DNA of 64,000 bases from Dimorphilus gyrociliatus. Taxonomy: Eukaryota; Animalia; Annelida. The DNA lies in assembly GCA_904063045.1 (NCBI GenBank), contig CAJFCJ010000007.1:4285404-4349403 (forward strand), in the 5' to 3' direction. Positions 63,506 through 64,000 of the stretch are shown piece by piece (the stretch's first letter is position 1; the number at the start of each line of letters is the position of its first letter). The notes below the pieces were generated by a model. The model was not told the DNA's origin, did no database searches, and saw only the letters and a list, made by a program, of their open reading frames with translations. A program made the translations under genes and the position numbers.

Positions 63506-63792
63506 TATGAATTCACGCCGCTTTTCTACCCGCTCCGCCCTCCTCAAAAGTACAAAAATCATAAATTAGTTAAAACGAAGGGAGAAAATATAGAAACTTT
63601 TATTGGATATTGGTCTTTTTATTAGTACTATGGGTGTTACTATCCTTCTCCCATTGTCCTTTCAGCTTAAATATTCTTTCTTATTTTTAAAGCTTTGCTT
63701 AGCTTTTAACAATTTATTAGATCAGTTCTATCTTTTATAACTAATTAAAACAGAGTACGATCGTTCAAAATGGATCCGAACGATGATCCAAG
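58681..63792 (+). CDS. MYO6: Unconventional myosin VI, 5' part; cargo-binding domain lies beyond the window
   Basis: [20 protein letters not shown]-loop GESGAGKTE and switch [10 protein letters not shown]. Insert-1 is [10 protein letters not shown]...NRKSQQ|[10 protein letters not shown], and GTVIKVP holds the TEDS-site Thr. DIAGFE is followed by the reverse-gear insert-2 [26 protein letters not shown], an IQ motif and an E/K/R-rich SAH. The last confident exon ends at 63124; 63754-63792 is a probable micro-exon. Confidence 0.97.
63469..63502. repeat. (AT)17 microsatellite
   Basis: Perfect dinucleotide run in a MYO6 intron. Confidence 0.97.
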
Positions 63793-64000
63793 GTTCGTAG
63801 CTGAAATCTTTGTTCATTCTATTCTATTCGTAATTGGTTCTACGAGAAGAGATACAACCTGAGAATTGATTTAATAGATATGATATAAATCATATGTATT
63901 TTTTTGTAGTAACCATAACCTTACGAATAGAAAGTATTATGAACAGTGTAGAAAAATAATTAACAATTTCCAGCCGTTTCGTTTACGGAGAGGTTAAGAG

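Overview
This is eukaryotic (metazoan) nuclear DNA from an AT-rich, very compact genome. It holds 16 spliced protein-coding genes in 64 kb (about 4 kb per gene), many GT-AG introns of about 45-70 bp, short intergenic spacers and no recognisable transposon. That resembles a miniaturised spiralian genome such as the annelid Dimorphilus gyrociliatus, but the host is an inference, not a result. Gene order: DNAI4/WDR78 (3' part, +), trithorax/KMT2A (+), KIF17/osm-3 (+), GPS1/CSN1 (-), BIVM (+), DDX27 (+), RING-B-box-NHL TRIM (+), CAD (-), EGF/TSP1 single-pass membrane protein (+), GPR158-ectodomain-like protein without 7TM (-), USP10 (+), LSM12 copy A (-), SLC3A-like GH13 membrane protein (+), LSM12 copy B (-), TRPT1 (-), MYO6 (5' part, +). 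Four things stand out. (1) A predicted GPI-anchored protein of two tandem GPR158-type Cache/EGF ectodomains, joined by a linker packed with furin/dibasic sites and with no GPCR domain. (2) A trithorax carrying two nuclear-receptor-like zinc-finger modules together with a degenerate CXXC. (3) A diverged LSM12 duplicate pair bracketing a probably catalytically dead SLC3-like gene that lacks the light-chain cysteine. (4) Recurrent promoter motifs (ETS-CRE composite, NRF1-like, CTCF-like, E-box) in short bidirectional promoters. Gene names come from recalled family motifs and manual splicing. No database searches were run, so exon boundaries are by-eye predictions.
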